Source: Eledone cirrhosa
Lineage: Eukaryota
Assembly: GCA_964016885.1 (NCBI GenBank)
Contig: OZ024743.1
Coordinates: forward strand, 29,016,001 to 29,080,000
Reading direction: 5' to 3'
DNA: 64,000 nt
The notes beneath the pieces are model-generated. The model saw nothing but the letters and a program-made list of their open reading frames with translations. It was not told where the DNA came from and searched no databases. Below are positions 27,401 through 38,190 of this stretch, piece after piece (the first letter of the stretch is position 1; every line of letters starts with the position of its first letter). Both the position numbers and the translations under genes were made by a program.

Positions 27401-27901
27401 CTGGCAGTGCTACCGAGGAGCTCTACCCATTCGAGATAAGATCTACAGGCACAGACGCCCTGGCAGGGATCCTTCCAAGAGGACGTGTCCAAGATGTGAG
27501 CAGGACATTGAAACTGTCTTGCACACAATTGTACACTGCCCGGGCGTAAGCAACCCGTGGAACTATGCAGAACAACTGCTGTCGCATATGGGACAATCCA
27601 GTTGACTGCCAAGTCCATAGTAAGGATCAAACCGCCAGCCTCTTTCAAAAACGAAAGAGAGGCGGTTTTCCTCTGTACAGTGGCTATGGTGAAAGAGGTT
27701 ATATGGTGGACGAGATTGAGAGGACTGAGGACAGATGACTTTCTCTCAAGACAACAATTGATTCCCTTCTTTAAGTATCACTTTAGAAGAAGAATCAGAG
27801 TGGAGAGAGAGGCACTGCACTCCAGTAAATTTACTGAAAGGTGGGTGAATGAAGCGAAAATGGCCCGAGTGATTGGGCCTTCTCTGTTTATAAGCCTGTA
27901 G
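24472..27901 (+). pseudogene. Tx1/L1 ORF2 (AP endonuclease, reverse transcriptase, C-terminal zinc finger), disrupted
   Basis: NVNVRGL, VYAP, GDWN, SYLDR, SDH, GPGYWKLN, KSPGLDGLPYEFY, FRPIT, KAFDRV, RQGGPLS, AYADD and CPRC...ETVLH...HC across broken frames. Confidence 0.92.
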
Positions 27902-29749
27902 GTTAAAGAAGAGAGCAAAAGGAAGAAGGGAGGACTTGCACAACATGCTCCTGAAGTTGAGGGTTGTTCTATCGGCGGGGTAATAAACAACCCATTTGTG
28001 GCGTTACCCTCCTATTGGGGATTTCGATTGTTATAATTGTTTGTTTGTTTTATATTTTTTTTACACGACTGTATGTAAAATCTCTGGCATGTGTCTTTGT
28101 ATTGTCCCGTTTTCTTGTGTGCCCTTGTGGCAAATATAGAAATATATCATATTTAACTCACAATTTCTCTTAGTTTTGTAAATACTGAGATACATAAATA
28201 ATGTACTATTGTTATTATGATTATTATATGATGCAAGTTCCTGCTGCATCGCTAGGGACATGTCATGTTCTTTGTGTGTGCAGTATTTTTATGCTACATA
28301 TGTTTTTCTGTTTCTGGTGTAACATTAGCATTTCATCAATATATTTTGTAGATTTTAAGACTGAAGATCAAGCAAAATAACATGCCAAGCTGGTGCAGCA
28401 TACACATACTCATATATTAGTGCTGCAGCATATGATATGACGAAATATGAGGGGGGGTTACGGTCAAGGATGCTGGCAATAATAATGGACTTTGGCTTGT
28501 CACCCTTGTAGTACACCATGGGCAAATGATGACTACTGGGGTAACTAGGTATATGTTGCTGGGCTGGATCTCAATGGATATGTAGGTCTTAATTACCTTG
28601 AAGACCAGATAGACATGCTGGAGATATGCTTTGTCATGTATACAGAAGGAAAGTCCATGAGATTAGCAGTGAAAAAGGAAAAGACCAAATTGCAACACCT
28701 GAGGTACTAAGAGATATTTGAAGGCTTTCTATCTCCAGAAAAAAAAAAGAAAAAAATGAACAGCAGATCCCAAGAGTTATTTTCAGAACACCATAAGTTT
28801 CAGCTCTAATAATGGCTCAAAAACTTGTTTTACCCTAAGACCAAAAAGCAAAAAACCAGAAAAAAGAAAATCAAGACTTCCAGTAGATAAAACAAGCAGG
28901 GATAAGGTGGCAAACTACTGGGGATTGGAGAAATTAAAAAATAAATTTAAAAAAAGGACTCCCCAAAAGAAAACTGAACTAATGAGGAAGTGGAGTAAAA
29001 TGTCCAAGGTGTAGCTAACCTCATATAATTCCATGGTTTTTAGAGTATACCAAATGAAATACTAATAGATGATTTAAGTAAACTGCAGAAACATTTGGGG
29101 AAAGACACATTGCAAATTTGTGGGATGTGCTATGATTATGTGGAGCATGCAGTGAAAACTACTAGGTTGTTGTTGAGAACTACCTTTGACCATTACACAA
29201 GACTGTAATTGCATCACAGTAATGGCAGAGGACCTTTATTGCTTGTTCTGAGACATAAATTGATCAAAGGTTATTTTGAAACAGACACTACTCAAAATCT
29301 GGAGAAAATTGAGTAAACAACCATAGTGCAGGGGAACCTTGATCTGACTCGAGAAGTTGTGTTTTATGTAAATCACATCACTTCTAATTATGTTTGTTTA
29401 ACTATTTTGTGTAATTTAAAACAACAAATTTTAATGTCTTAATATATTATGTAATGTTTCGATTTTTTTCCCTTATTTTAATACAATTTTGTTTTGTTCT
29501 TCCCCACATATTATATGACACCTTTATATACATTTTATTATACGTATGAATGGGTCCTTATGGAAAATAAAAATGAAAGAATTATTATTATTGCTAATTC
29601 ATATGAATTTTATGATTTACTGATAAGAAAAGTAATTATATAGCTATTTACAAAGGAAATTTTAAATCAACAGAGAAACTGAAGATAATAGAGTAAATGT
29701 CATAAAAATTTCAAAGTACCATAAATTTCTCATGAAATTACACACATAC

Positions 29750-29851
29750 CTTCAAATATTCCACGTTAACTGTCTCAAGGGCCTTCTCAACATTCTTTTC
29801 AACTGATGTTAATTTTTCCTTATGTTTGTTTGTCAGAAAGAGGATCTGTAG
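29750..29851 (-). CDS. M1AP: M1AP-like exon 4 (LQILFLTNKHKEKLTSVEKNVEKALETVNVEYLK)
   Basis: ttttgttag acceptor (alternative AG 6 nt inside), gtatgt donor, 102 nt, phase 0 to 0. Resembles human LEITILTSQPGKEVVKQLEEGL. Confidence 0.82.
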
Positions 29852-30013
29852 CTAACAAAAATAAATGAAATCATTTGTTTGAACAGGGTAACATACTCTT
29901 CTCAGCAAAGAACATTTCCAAACAAACGTAGATATATACATAAATGCATACATATTTACAAACATATGATGATGATGATGATGATGATACATTCATACAC
30001 TCAAGCACACACA

Positions 30014-30201
30014 GGTGGATTGGCAGTATCGGTAGAGAGTCGGACACCATGCTTTGAAGCATAGAGTTACGTTCCTTTATGATCTGAGTTCAAATCCCGC
30101 CGAGGTTAACTTTGCCTTTCATCCTTACGTGGTCGATAAAAGAAAGTACCAGTAATGCACTGGGTAATTGCTGGCCTTGTGCCAAAAAGTAGAAACAATT
30201 A
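30014..30201 (+). mobile_element. tRNA-derived SINE family A
   Basis: Same sequence as 7398-7586. Confidence 0.85.
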
Positions 30202-30904
30202 TATGTATGTACACACAAACATACATACATGTATGTATATATACACACATACATACATTCATGTATATATTGTATCCCTCTAACCTATGCAAGCATGGAA
30301 AATGGACATTAAATGATGATGATGATTATGATATATATTGTGTGTGTGTATGTGCATGCACATATGTGTGTGTGCATGAAAGACTGATTCAAAACTTAAT
30401 TTTGCAACAAGTTGGTAGTGTGTTCAAGCCCACTGAACAGCTCTATTTTTTCATCATAGCATCAAATTGACTAATGCTATGATCTTCTAAGTGAAGCATA
30501 TTTCTTCACCAAGTTCATTGAGGATGTCTAGTAAAATTTAAACATGAAGATTTTATCAAACAAAATTGTAATTGATCCTTAACATCAAATGAGATGACCA
30601 TATCACAAACAATAATATACTGACAAAAAATAAAATCCATGAGAATCCAAATCATATTTGAAAAACATTAAATCTGACTGTTAGGACATGTAAAATGGAT
30701 ACAAGACAAAAGACTGCCCAAACAAATCCTGTACTCTCAACATACAGTAGTCCACTGCCTAAGCAGTGCACCTAAAAAAAGCTTTTGTAACTCCTCAAGA
30801 TCATACCTTTGCCAGTCAATCGACTTTCATCAAATCGGACTGAGGAAACAATGTTTCCGTTGATCTTTCCAATTGCTAATAATATCTATCGGACGCAACC
30901 TCAA

Positions 30905-31030
30905 GTAGAAGGAGCAACATGAAATAAAGTGTCTTGCTCAAGGACATAACACATCGCCCGGTCCAGGTATCAAACTCACAACCTCATGATTGTGAATCCA
31001 ATTCTCTAACCACTCAGCCATGTGCCTTCA
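30905..31030 (-). mobile_element. Family B SINE head (tRNA plus CORE-like), partial
   Basis: Reverse complement of 40836-40960. A similar remnant lies at about 13480-13600. Confidence 0.65.
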
Positions 31031-31307
31031 CATACCTTATCTCCGTATAATATATCACCAGCAATTTCTCTGTCTGTCTGTCCGACAGTGGAAACACGTG
31101 CGCGCGTGATTGCTATCTCTCTCTCTCTCCAGCTATCCCTCTCTTTTAGTCTGTCTGTTTCTCTCACTCTCACTCTTTCTCTTTGTAACACACTAACATT
31201 CCTCCCCTCTATCGCTGTGACGAATGGGGAGATGGAGGAGGAGTCACTTCGTCACTTCACCTCTGCCTTTCTTTCTCTCCCCTCTCCCTCATTACGTACA
31301 GACATTA

Positions 31308-31495
31308 GGGCGGTGGATTGGCAGAATCTGTAGAGTCGGACACCATGCTTCATAGCATGGAGTTACGTCCCTTTACGGTCTGAGTTCAAATACTGCCGAG
31401 GTTAACTTTGCCTTTCATCCTCACGGGGTCGATAAAATAAAGTACCAGTAATGTACTGGGTAATTGCTGGCCTTGTGCCAAAAGTAGAAACAATT
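31308..31495 (+). mobile_element. tRNA-derived SINE family A
   Basis: Same sequence as 7398-7586. Confidence 0.85.
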
Positions 31496-31612
31496 CTTAG
31501 AAACATTGCTTCATTTTTACATATCTAAGCATTAGTAAAATAACTAATAATTTCAAAAGTAATTTTTCAATTCCAATTATGAACAGCAAAACATTAATAA
31601 TAATTTTGTTCT

Positions 31613-31862
31613 AAGAAATATATATACATTTCTGTGTGTGTAATATATATATATATACACACACAGAAATATATATACATTTCTGTGTGTGTAATATATA
31701 TATATACACACAGAAATATATATATACATTTCTGTGTGTGTAATATATATATATATATACACACACAGAAATATATATATATACACACAGGAATATATAT
31801 ACATTTCTGTGTGTGTAATATATATATACACACAGAAATATATATACATTTCTGTGTGTGTA

Positions 31863-31895
<33 letters not shown>

Positions 31896-31921
31896 GAAAT
31901 ATATATACATTTCTGTGTGTA

Positions 31922-31954
<33 letters not shown>

Positions 31955-31962
31955 GAAATATA
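31613..31962. repeat. Self-complementary compound minisatellite (cacacagaaatatatatacatttctgtgtgtg + (TA)n)
   Basis: About 6-7 units with variable TA/CA runs. It accounts for the overlapping Y/I/C-rich ORFs in the track. Confidence 0.9.
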
Positions 31963-32213
31963 TGGGCATTTCTCTGTTTGTCTGTCTGTCCTTCCCTAAA
32001 ACTCAAATGTAGATGCTACAGAAATATTACCTTCCCCTTCCTTTCTCCACTTTGGTACTACCAAGAGAAACACTGTCGCTATAGAAACATTACCTTCCCC
32101 TCTCCACTGACTTTGGTCACTGAGGCCGAGGGAATCGCTGGTTGCTATAGAGACACCTTGCACAAGCCAGAAGTAACCAGTTCGAGGCGGTTCTGACTTG
32201 ACACCATGCCAAG

Positions 32214-32868
32214 TCTACTTATAATATATAATGGGCATTTCTCTGTTTGTTTGTCTGTCTGTCCGTCTGTAAAAAATGCCAAGGAAACAAATAGACGCGG
32301 TTTCAAATCTTTATGCTTTTCAAATTCATTACATTAATCTTTATTTATACGTTTCGCTTTACGAGTGTTTCGACTTACGAGTATTTCGGGTTACGAGTGT
32401 TTCAGCTTATCATGCTTTGACGCATAGAGTTACGGCCCTTGCCATTCTGAGTTCAAATCCCGCCGAGGTTAACTTTGCCTTTCATCCTTACGGGGGTTGA
32501 TAAAATAAAGTACCAGTAATACACTGGGTAATTGCTGGCCTTGTGCCAAAAGTAGAAACAATTATATATAAACGTTTCTATTTCCATTGTTTTATCGTAA
32601 ACGTTTCTATATTTCCATCATTATATCATAATGTTTATGTATCATAACGTTTATATTTCCGTCACTAATCTCTTTTTCTCCTTTTTCGTTTTAAAATATA
32701 TTTATTTCAAAGATTTCACCGTATAGATAACATATATATTTATACATGCATAAAAGACACACCGAGAGACGGTGAACATGTGGTGCCGAAAACATTTCTC
32801 ATCCAAATCTCAACAATATACACTAGATTTGCTAGCAGAAAACCGCCCACCGGGTGGTTTTCTGCTAG
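32214..32868 (+). mobile_element. Non-autonomous Helitron-like element containing a truncated family A SINE (about 32412-32563)
   Basis: Starts tctacttataatatataatggg with a gtct microsatellite; ends in a hairpin and CTAG at 32865-32868. Confidence 0.55.
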
Positions 32869-33791
32869 TCTATATATATAAAACTGAGGATGTCTGTCTG
32901 TGTGTGTGTAAGTTCGAATCCCTAAAACTCGAGAACCACCCAACTGACTATTTTCAAACTTTACACATGTAATACTTATGTTTCAGGGAGTGTTCTGAGC
33001 AAAACAAATTTCAAATTTTCAATGCCCTAGGGACCGCATTAGGCGATTTCGCGATCTCGCTCTATAATTCTTAGTCTTTCTCTTTTTAGATAGATACATA
33101 CATAAAACGTCGCGCCCTTATGAGATATGTCTGCATTACGTCACTTCCCTGAGGATGTCTGCCTATGTGTGTGTGTCCCCGTGAGTTTGAATCCCTAAAA
33201 CTCGAGAAGTACCCAACCGATTTTTTTTCAAACTTTACATGCGTATTACTTATGTTTCAGGGAGTGTTATGCACATAAAAACATTCAACTATTTTTTTAT
33301 CTCCTATCATTAGGTGAAAAACTGCGTTTTTTAAGATTTTTAGGGGTTTTTTGAGGCGTTGCGTCAGACCGATTTCCTTGAAATTGTAACTATGTATTAG
33401 TCAGTCTCTTCATACTGTGAGAAAAGAAAATCCAACTTTTTTATGGCCTAGGGCCCGCATTAGGGGAAAAGCTTCATTTTTCAGCAACTTCAGTTTTTCA
33501 GCTTCTTAGGGCTTTTTGAAGGCGTTACGTCTAGCCGATTTTCCCGAAATTTAAAGGCATATTATGCACATAAAAAAAATCATTTTCTTGATCCTCTAGG
33601 GCCCGCATTAGGTGAAAACCTGCATTTTTCCTGCTTCATCGAGAGAAATGTTAAAGATTATCCAGCCATCAGAGTATTCGGTTTATTTTCTTTACATATT
33701 GTCCAGGCATGCAGTTTTTCCACGATTATGTCTGTTGGTGGCCCACATTCCAAAATACCTTATCCCGTACAACGCCGGGTACCACTGCTAG
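32869..33791 (+). mobile_element. Complete non-autonomous Helitron
   Basis: 5' TCTATATATATAAAACTG; 3' hairpin cccgtacaacgccggg then CTAG|T. Internal duplication at about 32885-33000 versus 33149-33270. Confidence 0.85.
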
Positions 33792-34322
33792 TTCATAATA
33801 AAAACTGACAACTTGTGAAAGGCAGCTGAAGACAGTAAGTACAGGAGATAAATATGCAGAGATCAACAAGCTAAATAAAACAGAATTTGTAGAAAAGAAA
33901 GTACTCAACAATAACATTTAATAAAAGGACAATCTCTGCAGCCTCAGTATCAATTTTACAACTAATATATTTGAGACATCTGAAAACAGTCATGAAAAAC
34001 TGAAACATCAAAAGTATTTCACCTCTAGAACTGATCAGTTAACTTCAGACATCTACAATATCAGTCGAAATCTATATTCTTTCTCATCAAGTGAACACAC
34101 CATACAGATAATCAGTTTAACATCCTAATATTCTATAATCTTTTCAGACATATAAAAAGCTAACACAGCTCATGGAATATTTATACCAGAGAAGCATCAG
34201 CTCCAAACTACAAGTACGGGTTGGAAAGCTTTTTGCCTATGTATGAACACATCACTCAAATGGTTTTGAAAGATATATGAGTGTTAGTATTACAATATGT
34301 ATACATTCTGTTAAAATTACAA

Positions 34323-35417
34323 CTAGCTGACGTACCCAGCTTCGCCCAGGTAAACAGATGATAAGAGAAGACAGGTAAAAGAGAAAATGACTGTATTGGA
34401 TGTTTCTCTGGTTACAGTATGAGGCGAGTCCGTGGTGTCTGTGATACAGAAAATAGTAAAAAAAATCTTCCAGATATACCAGATTCTTCCTTGTACCATT
34501 TGTGCATAGTATATGAACAATTCTAGGTGCTCCCACCTAGAATAGTGACCTCTAGGAGATGGTTCATCTTCTGCCTGACTGTAAAACGTGTATCACTGCA
34601 TAGACATGGTTGTTCCACGTTTCTCAAAAGGATGATGGAAGTTCCAATCTTTTATATTATATGTAGATATAGATATAGATAATTAATATAAAAGATGATG
34701 CTCAGCCAGTTCGTCTTCAACCATCGCAGCACGCCGTCGCTGCTTGGTTCCAGTGTTTTGTTGGCGTTGTTCAGCCAGCTCCTCTTCATTCATGGCGGCA
34801 CGTCGTTGCCTCTGAAGTTCGGCATTCCGATGGCGCTGTTCGGCCCGTTTTTCTTCATTCCTGGCTACACGCCGTCGCCACTGTAGTTCACTGTTTGAGA
34901 AAGTCGAATTGCTTTTATTATCAATATTCATTTCGAGCAATTGTCAAAAAATGACACAATAATAAATATAAAAGATGTCTGTCAATGTAAAAAAAGGTCC
35001 CTATTTACTCCCTTCACAACTCTGTGTATGTTAGACTGACAGACAGGCACACAGACAGATAAACTGCGTGGCGATTGTGGAACGCCCCACGTACACACAC
35101 ATACACGCATGGAAACGCGCACACGCACCCGTACACTTACACACACGCACACACTCACACATGTTGATAGTTTTTACTTTCTGTGGAATGCTGCACGCAC
35201 ACACACATAAATATACGTGCACATACATACACACGCACGCATGGTAATAGTTACAGTGTTCACTTTGCCTCTCTGTTTCTTACTCTCGCCTCTCACTCCC
35301 TCATTGGTATTATGCATATTAACTTAAGTTTGGCGGAGTCGTTTGAAACCTATGAACCAATGATAATCAAGAATTATGACATACGGAATACTGACATTGT
35401 TGAAATTAATATATAGA
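34323..35417 (-). mobile_element. Deleted Helitron
   Basis: 3' hairpin ctgggcgaagctggg and CTAG|T at 34323. Helicase tail GAPRIVHIL..NGTRKNLVY, N-terminal EQR.RNAE.QRQRRAA repeats, and A|TCTATAT 5' end at 35417. Confidence 0.75.
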
Positions 35418-35549
35418 TATGTATACATGTATTATTACAATATATATTTACATGTATTTTACATGTCTTCTCAGAAACTGCCAAATACTGAGCAGATCAA
35501 GTCAAATCTATTATAAATTATCTATTTTTTATTTGATATATCTAATTAC

Positions 35550-35732
35550 TTGTAGAGATCCATTCTTAAATTGCTGGAACTGTCGTGAGACTTCAATGAA
35601 TGCTTGTGACAGAATCCTTTGCCTGTCTTCTACATGATCCTTACTGTCAAGCTCTGCCATCTGTTTTAATTCTTTCAGACAATACTGTATTCTAGAAAAG
35701 TTTCCTCGTACACTTATCATTGGTAACAATAT
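35550..35732 (-). CDS. M1AP: M1AP-like exon 3 (ILLPMISVRGNFSRIQYCLKELKQMAELDSKDHVEDRQRILSQAFIEVSRQFQQFKNGSLQ)
   Basis: ttcttacag acceptor, gtaatt donor, 183 nt, phase 0 to 0. Resembles human ILPFVQVKGNFARLQTCISEL...QQFKQY (recalled). Confidence 0.9.
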
Positions 35733-36099
35733 CTGTAAGAAAATGGGATGAGAATTGATATATTAAAGATTATAAATTTAAACTTGTCAAACTTTACAAT
35801 ATGTCAGAAATTACTAATTATAAATAATTTAACCATTAATGTTTTAGCATGTACATCACCGATTTCACTAATACTGTCACCACACTTCATGTTTTGATAC
35901 TATCATCATTAACTAGATATCTTCATCCATCTTTTCATACATGATGGAAACAGATAGAACAGTTTCCTTCATAAAGTTAATGTAATATTTTTATCATTGT
36001 CAGATCATGCATAATTAAAAAAACACTACTCTTGAGATCCTGACAATGTGAAGGAACTTGCAACCCATTTACTTTATCAGAAATCTGATAAAGTAAATA

Positions 36100-36445
36100 A
36101 TTATGAAAACTAAGCATATCTTAACATCAATACCTTAAAAAACACAAGATGTATATATTGACTCCAGCAACCAGGCATTTATCACTAGTGGCTAGGAAAA
36201 CTTATAAGCAAAGTCAACAGGGCTAAAAAGACATCCAATCAAAGCTTACCAAAGCCTCAGTTGATCTGGAAGTCTAGGCATTACAGTCTTAGGAGTAGGA
36301 TTGAACTCTATAACTGCAATGTCAAATCTGTCCTAATGAATGATCCAGTGAATGGTAAAAGGAGACAAGAATCAGTTAAATGGTTTTTACAATGAGTGCC
36401 TCAGGAAAATCTGCTGCATCTTTGCCCAACAATGTATTACTGAAT
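36100..36445 (+). mobile_element. Old RTE-group LINE remnant
   Basis: IWKSRHYSLRSRIELYNCNVKSVL resembles the region after the RT domain of RTE-group elements. Confidence 0.45.
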
Positions 36446-36489
36446 AACTCATTTAAACATGATATTATTTAAAGTAATAATAATAATAA

Positions 36490-36746
36490 TGACTGCGATG
36501 GTATGGATATGTGATGCGCATGGAGGATGACCGATGTGAAGAAGTGCCAAGAAATGCCAGTTGAAGGAAGACGTAGTAGAGGAAGACCATGAAAAACATG
36601 GGTGGAGGTGGTGAGAGCAGACCTCAGATCTCTGAAGCTCACGGTGGAGATGACGAAGGACCGTGACAAGTAGAGAGATGCTGAATAGGATCCGTCCCAC
36701 CCTTGCAAGCAGGGATAAGCAGACGTAAAATGATGATGATGATGAC
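36490..36746 (+). mobile_element. RTE 3'-end fragment
   Basis: Close match to 63136-63397, including the (gat)n tail. Confidence 0.85.
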
Positions 36747-36934
36747 AACTATGATAACGGCAATAATAATTTAAAAAAAAAAGGAAACAAAAGGAAAGAA
36801 AGAATAAGGAAATATAGAGAAAAAAGAGAAACAAAAAGAAGAGAAAGAATGGGAAGGGGAGGGTATGGCAAGAGCTCTGGTGTCGCAGAAGAGAGGGGAG
36901 GGAGATTGGGCTTCGGGCTTAGGGCTAGGGGGCA

Positions 36935-38190
36935 GGAGTGACATCTGCTGCAACAGCCACCCAATCTTGCAAGGCTCCCTCCCTCATCATCAAGAAGAGC
37001 ACCAATTTATGAGGAGGGCACTGAATTGAGTCACGCGTTGCTGTTAGGCTGAGAAGTGGAACGGATGCAGGTGAGGCCGTGTTGGTCCAAGACAGACTTG
37101 ATACACCTGACAGAAGACCTGCAATTGATGTTGTACCAGTTACGTTGGACCATAGTATACTGGGAGATCGAGAGGCCCTCACCTGTCCAGTAGGCCTGAG
37201 TTTGTTCCATCTCAGGGGCCAGGTCAGGTTCGGCCGTCTGGCTGAGAACCTCTCTGACGAGAGTGCTACAGGAATTAGAGGAGAGGTAGGCAGGTAAAGC
37301 TAGGTCCGAAGCTGATCGGAAGTCGAGGTCACCAAACCTCACTGGCAGTGTCACCTGTTGCCAGCCTGCGCTGTTGAAACTGACATTGCAGATGAGTTCT
37401 GCACAGCATCAAATGGTGGCATCAAGTTCCCTGAGAAGATCTGTGTGGGTGTGGCAAGGTGCACCATGCAGCGTGAATGTGAATTTGGGGAGGGCAAAAC
37501 AGTTCTTTAAGAGGAGCAGACTCTCTGCTAATCGGCAGAAATCCATTTGCTTGGTTTCCAGGCATTCTCTTAGGACTTTCAGAAGAATGGGAGAGCCAAG
37601 AATGCATGTGGTGTCCTTCGGGGTCAGCTGAGCACCGGCCAGGAAGGGGGTCGCAGCAGAGTACGGCGTTGTGGAATTCGGCCTCTCCATAGCTGATGTT
37701 AGTCACTTGGTTGGGTTGATCTCAAGTCTAAGGAGCTTTAGAGCTGGGATGATTTTTGAAGGTCCTCAATTACTGTCTCATCCGGGTCGCCTAGGGTCGT
37801 GTCGTCAAGGTACCAGACATTGAGGGGTGACCGGACCGACCAGGGCACCTCGTCGACTGCCAGCGCAAATAGGAGCGGGCCGAATGGGTCCCCCTGCTGG
37901 ACACCTGTGGCGGAAGTAACCCTATTGTCGGTGGCCATGAGTGAGCTGGATCTTCCGTACGAAAGGTCAGCAAGGGGGTAGGTGGCTCATCTGAGACATG
38001 TCTCTAGGACATGATCCCATCTAACGCTGTTGAAGGCTTTACGAGGAGGTGCGTGCTCTATGAAGTTCCTGGCCGCATGAGCTGTGGCCTCACAACCGCA
38101 CTTGATTCCCACTCCAAGCTGGACAGGGCTTACCACCTCGCTCAGGTTGTCGCAAATACCAGTTGCTGTAATGGTGAGATCAGTCACTCA
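36935..38190 (-). mobile_element. CRE/SLACS-clade non-LTR retrotransposon fragment, disrupted RT
   Basis: PVQLGVGIKCGCEATAHAAR, AFNSV, GVQQGDPFGPLLFAL, WYLDD and LPVRFG..DFRS...ALPAYLSS are typical of CRE-clade reverse transcriptases. Confidence 0.8.

Larger units (their letters stand above)
22830..28145 (+). mobile_element. Near-full-length decayed Tx1/L1-clade LINE
   Basis: Two-ORF layout (gag-like ORF1, then APE-RT-zinc finger ORF2) and a T-rich 3' UTR. Ends are approximate; no TSD was found. Confidence 0.9.

Noticed and set aside
28400-29580. Possible second, older Tx1-like ORF1/3' UTR remnant
   Set aside because: Composition and tail are suggestive, but there is no convincing protein motif.
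31577-32006. Overlapping 119-131 aa ORFs on both strands
   Set aside because: They are translations of the TA/CA minisatellite.
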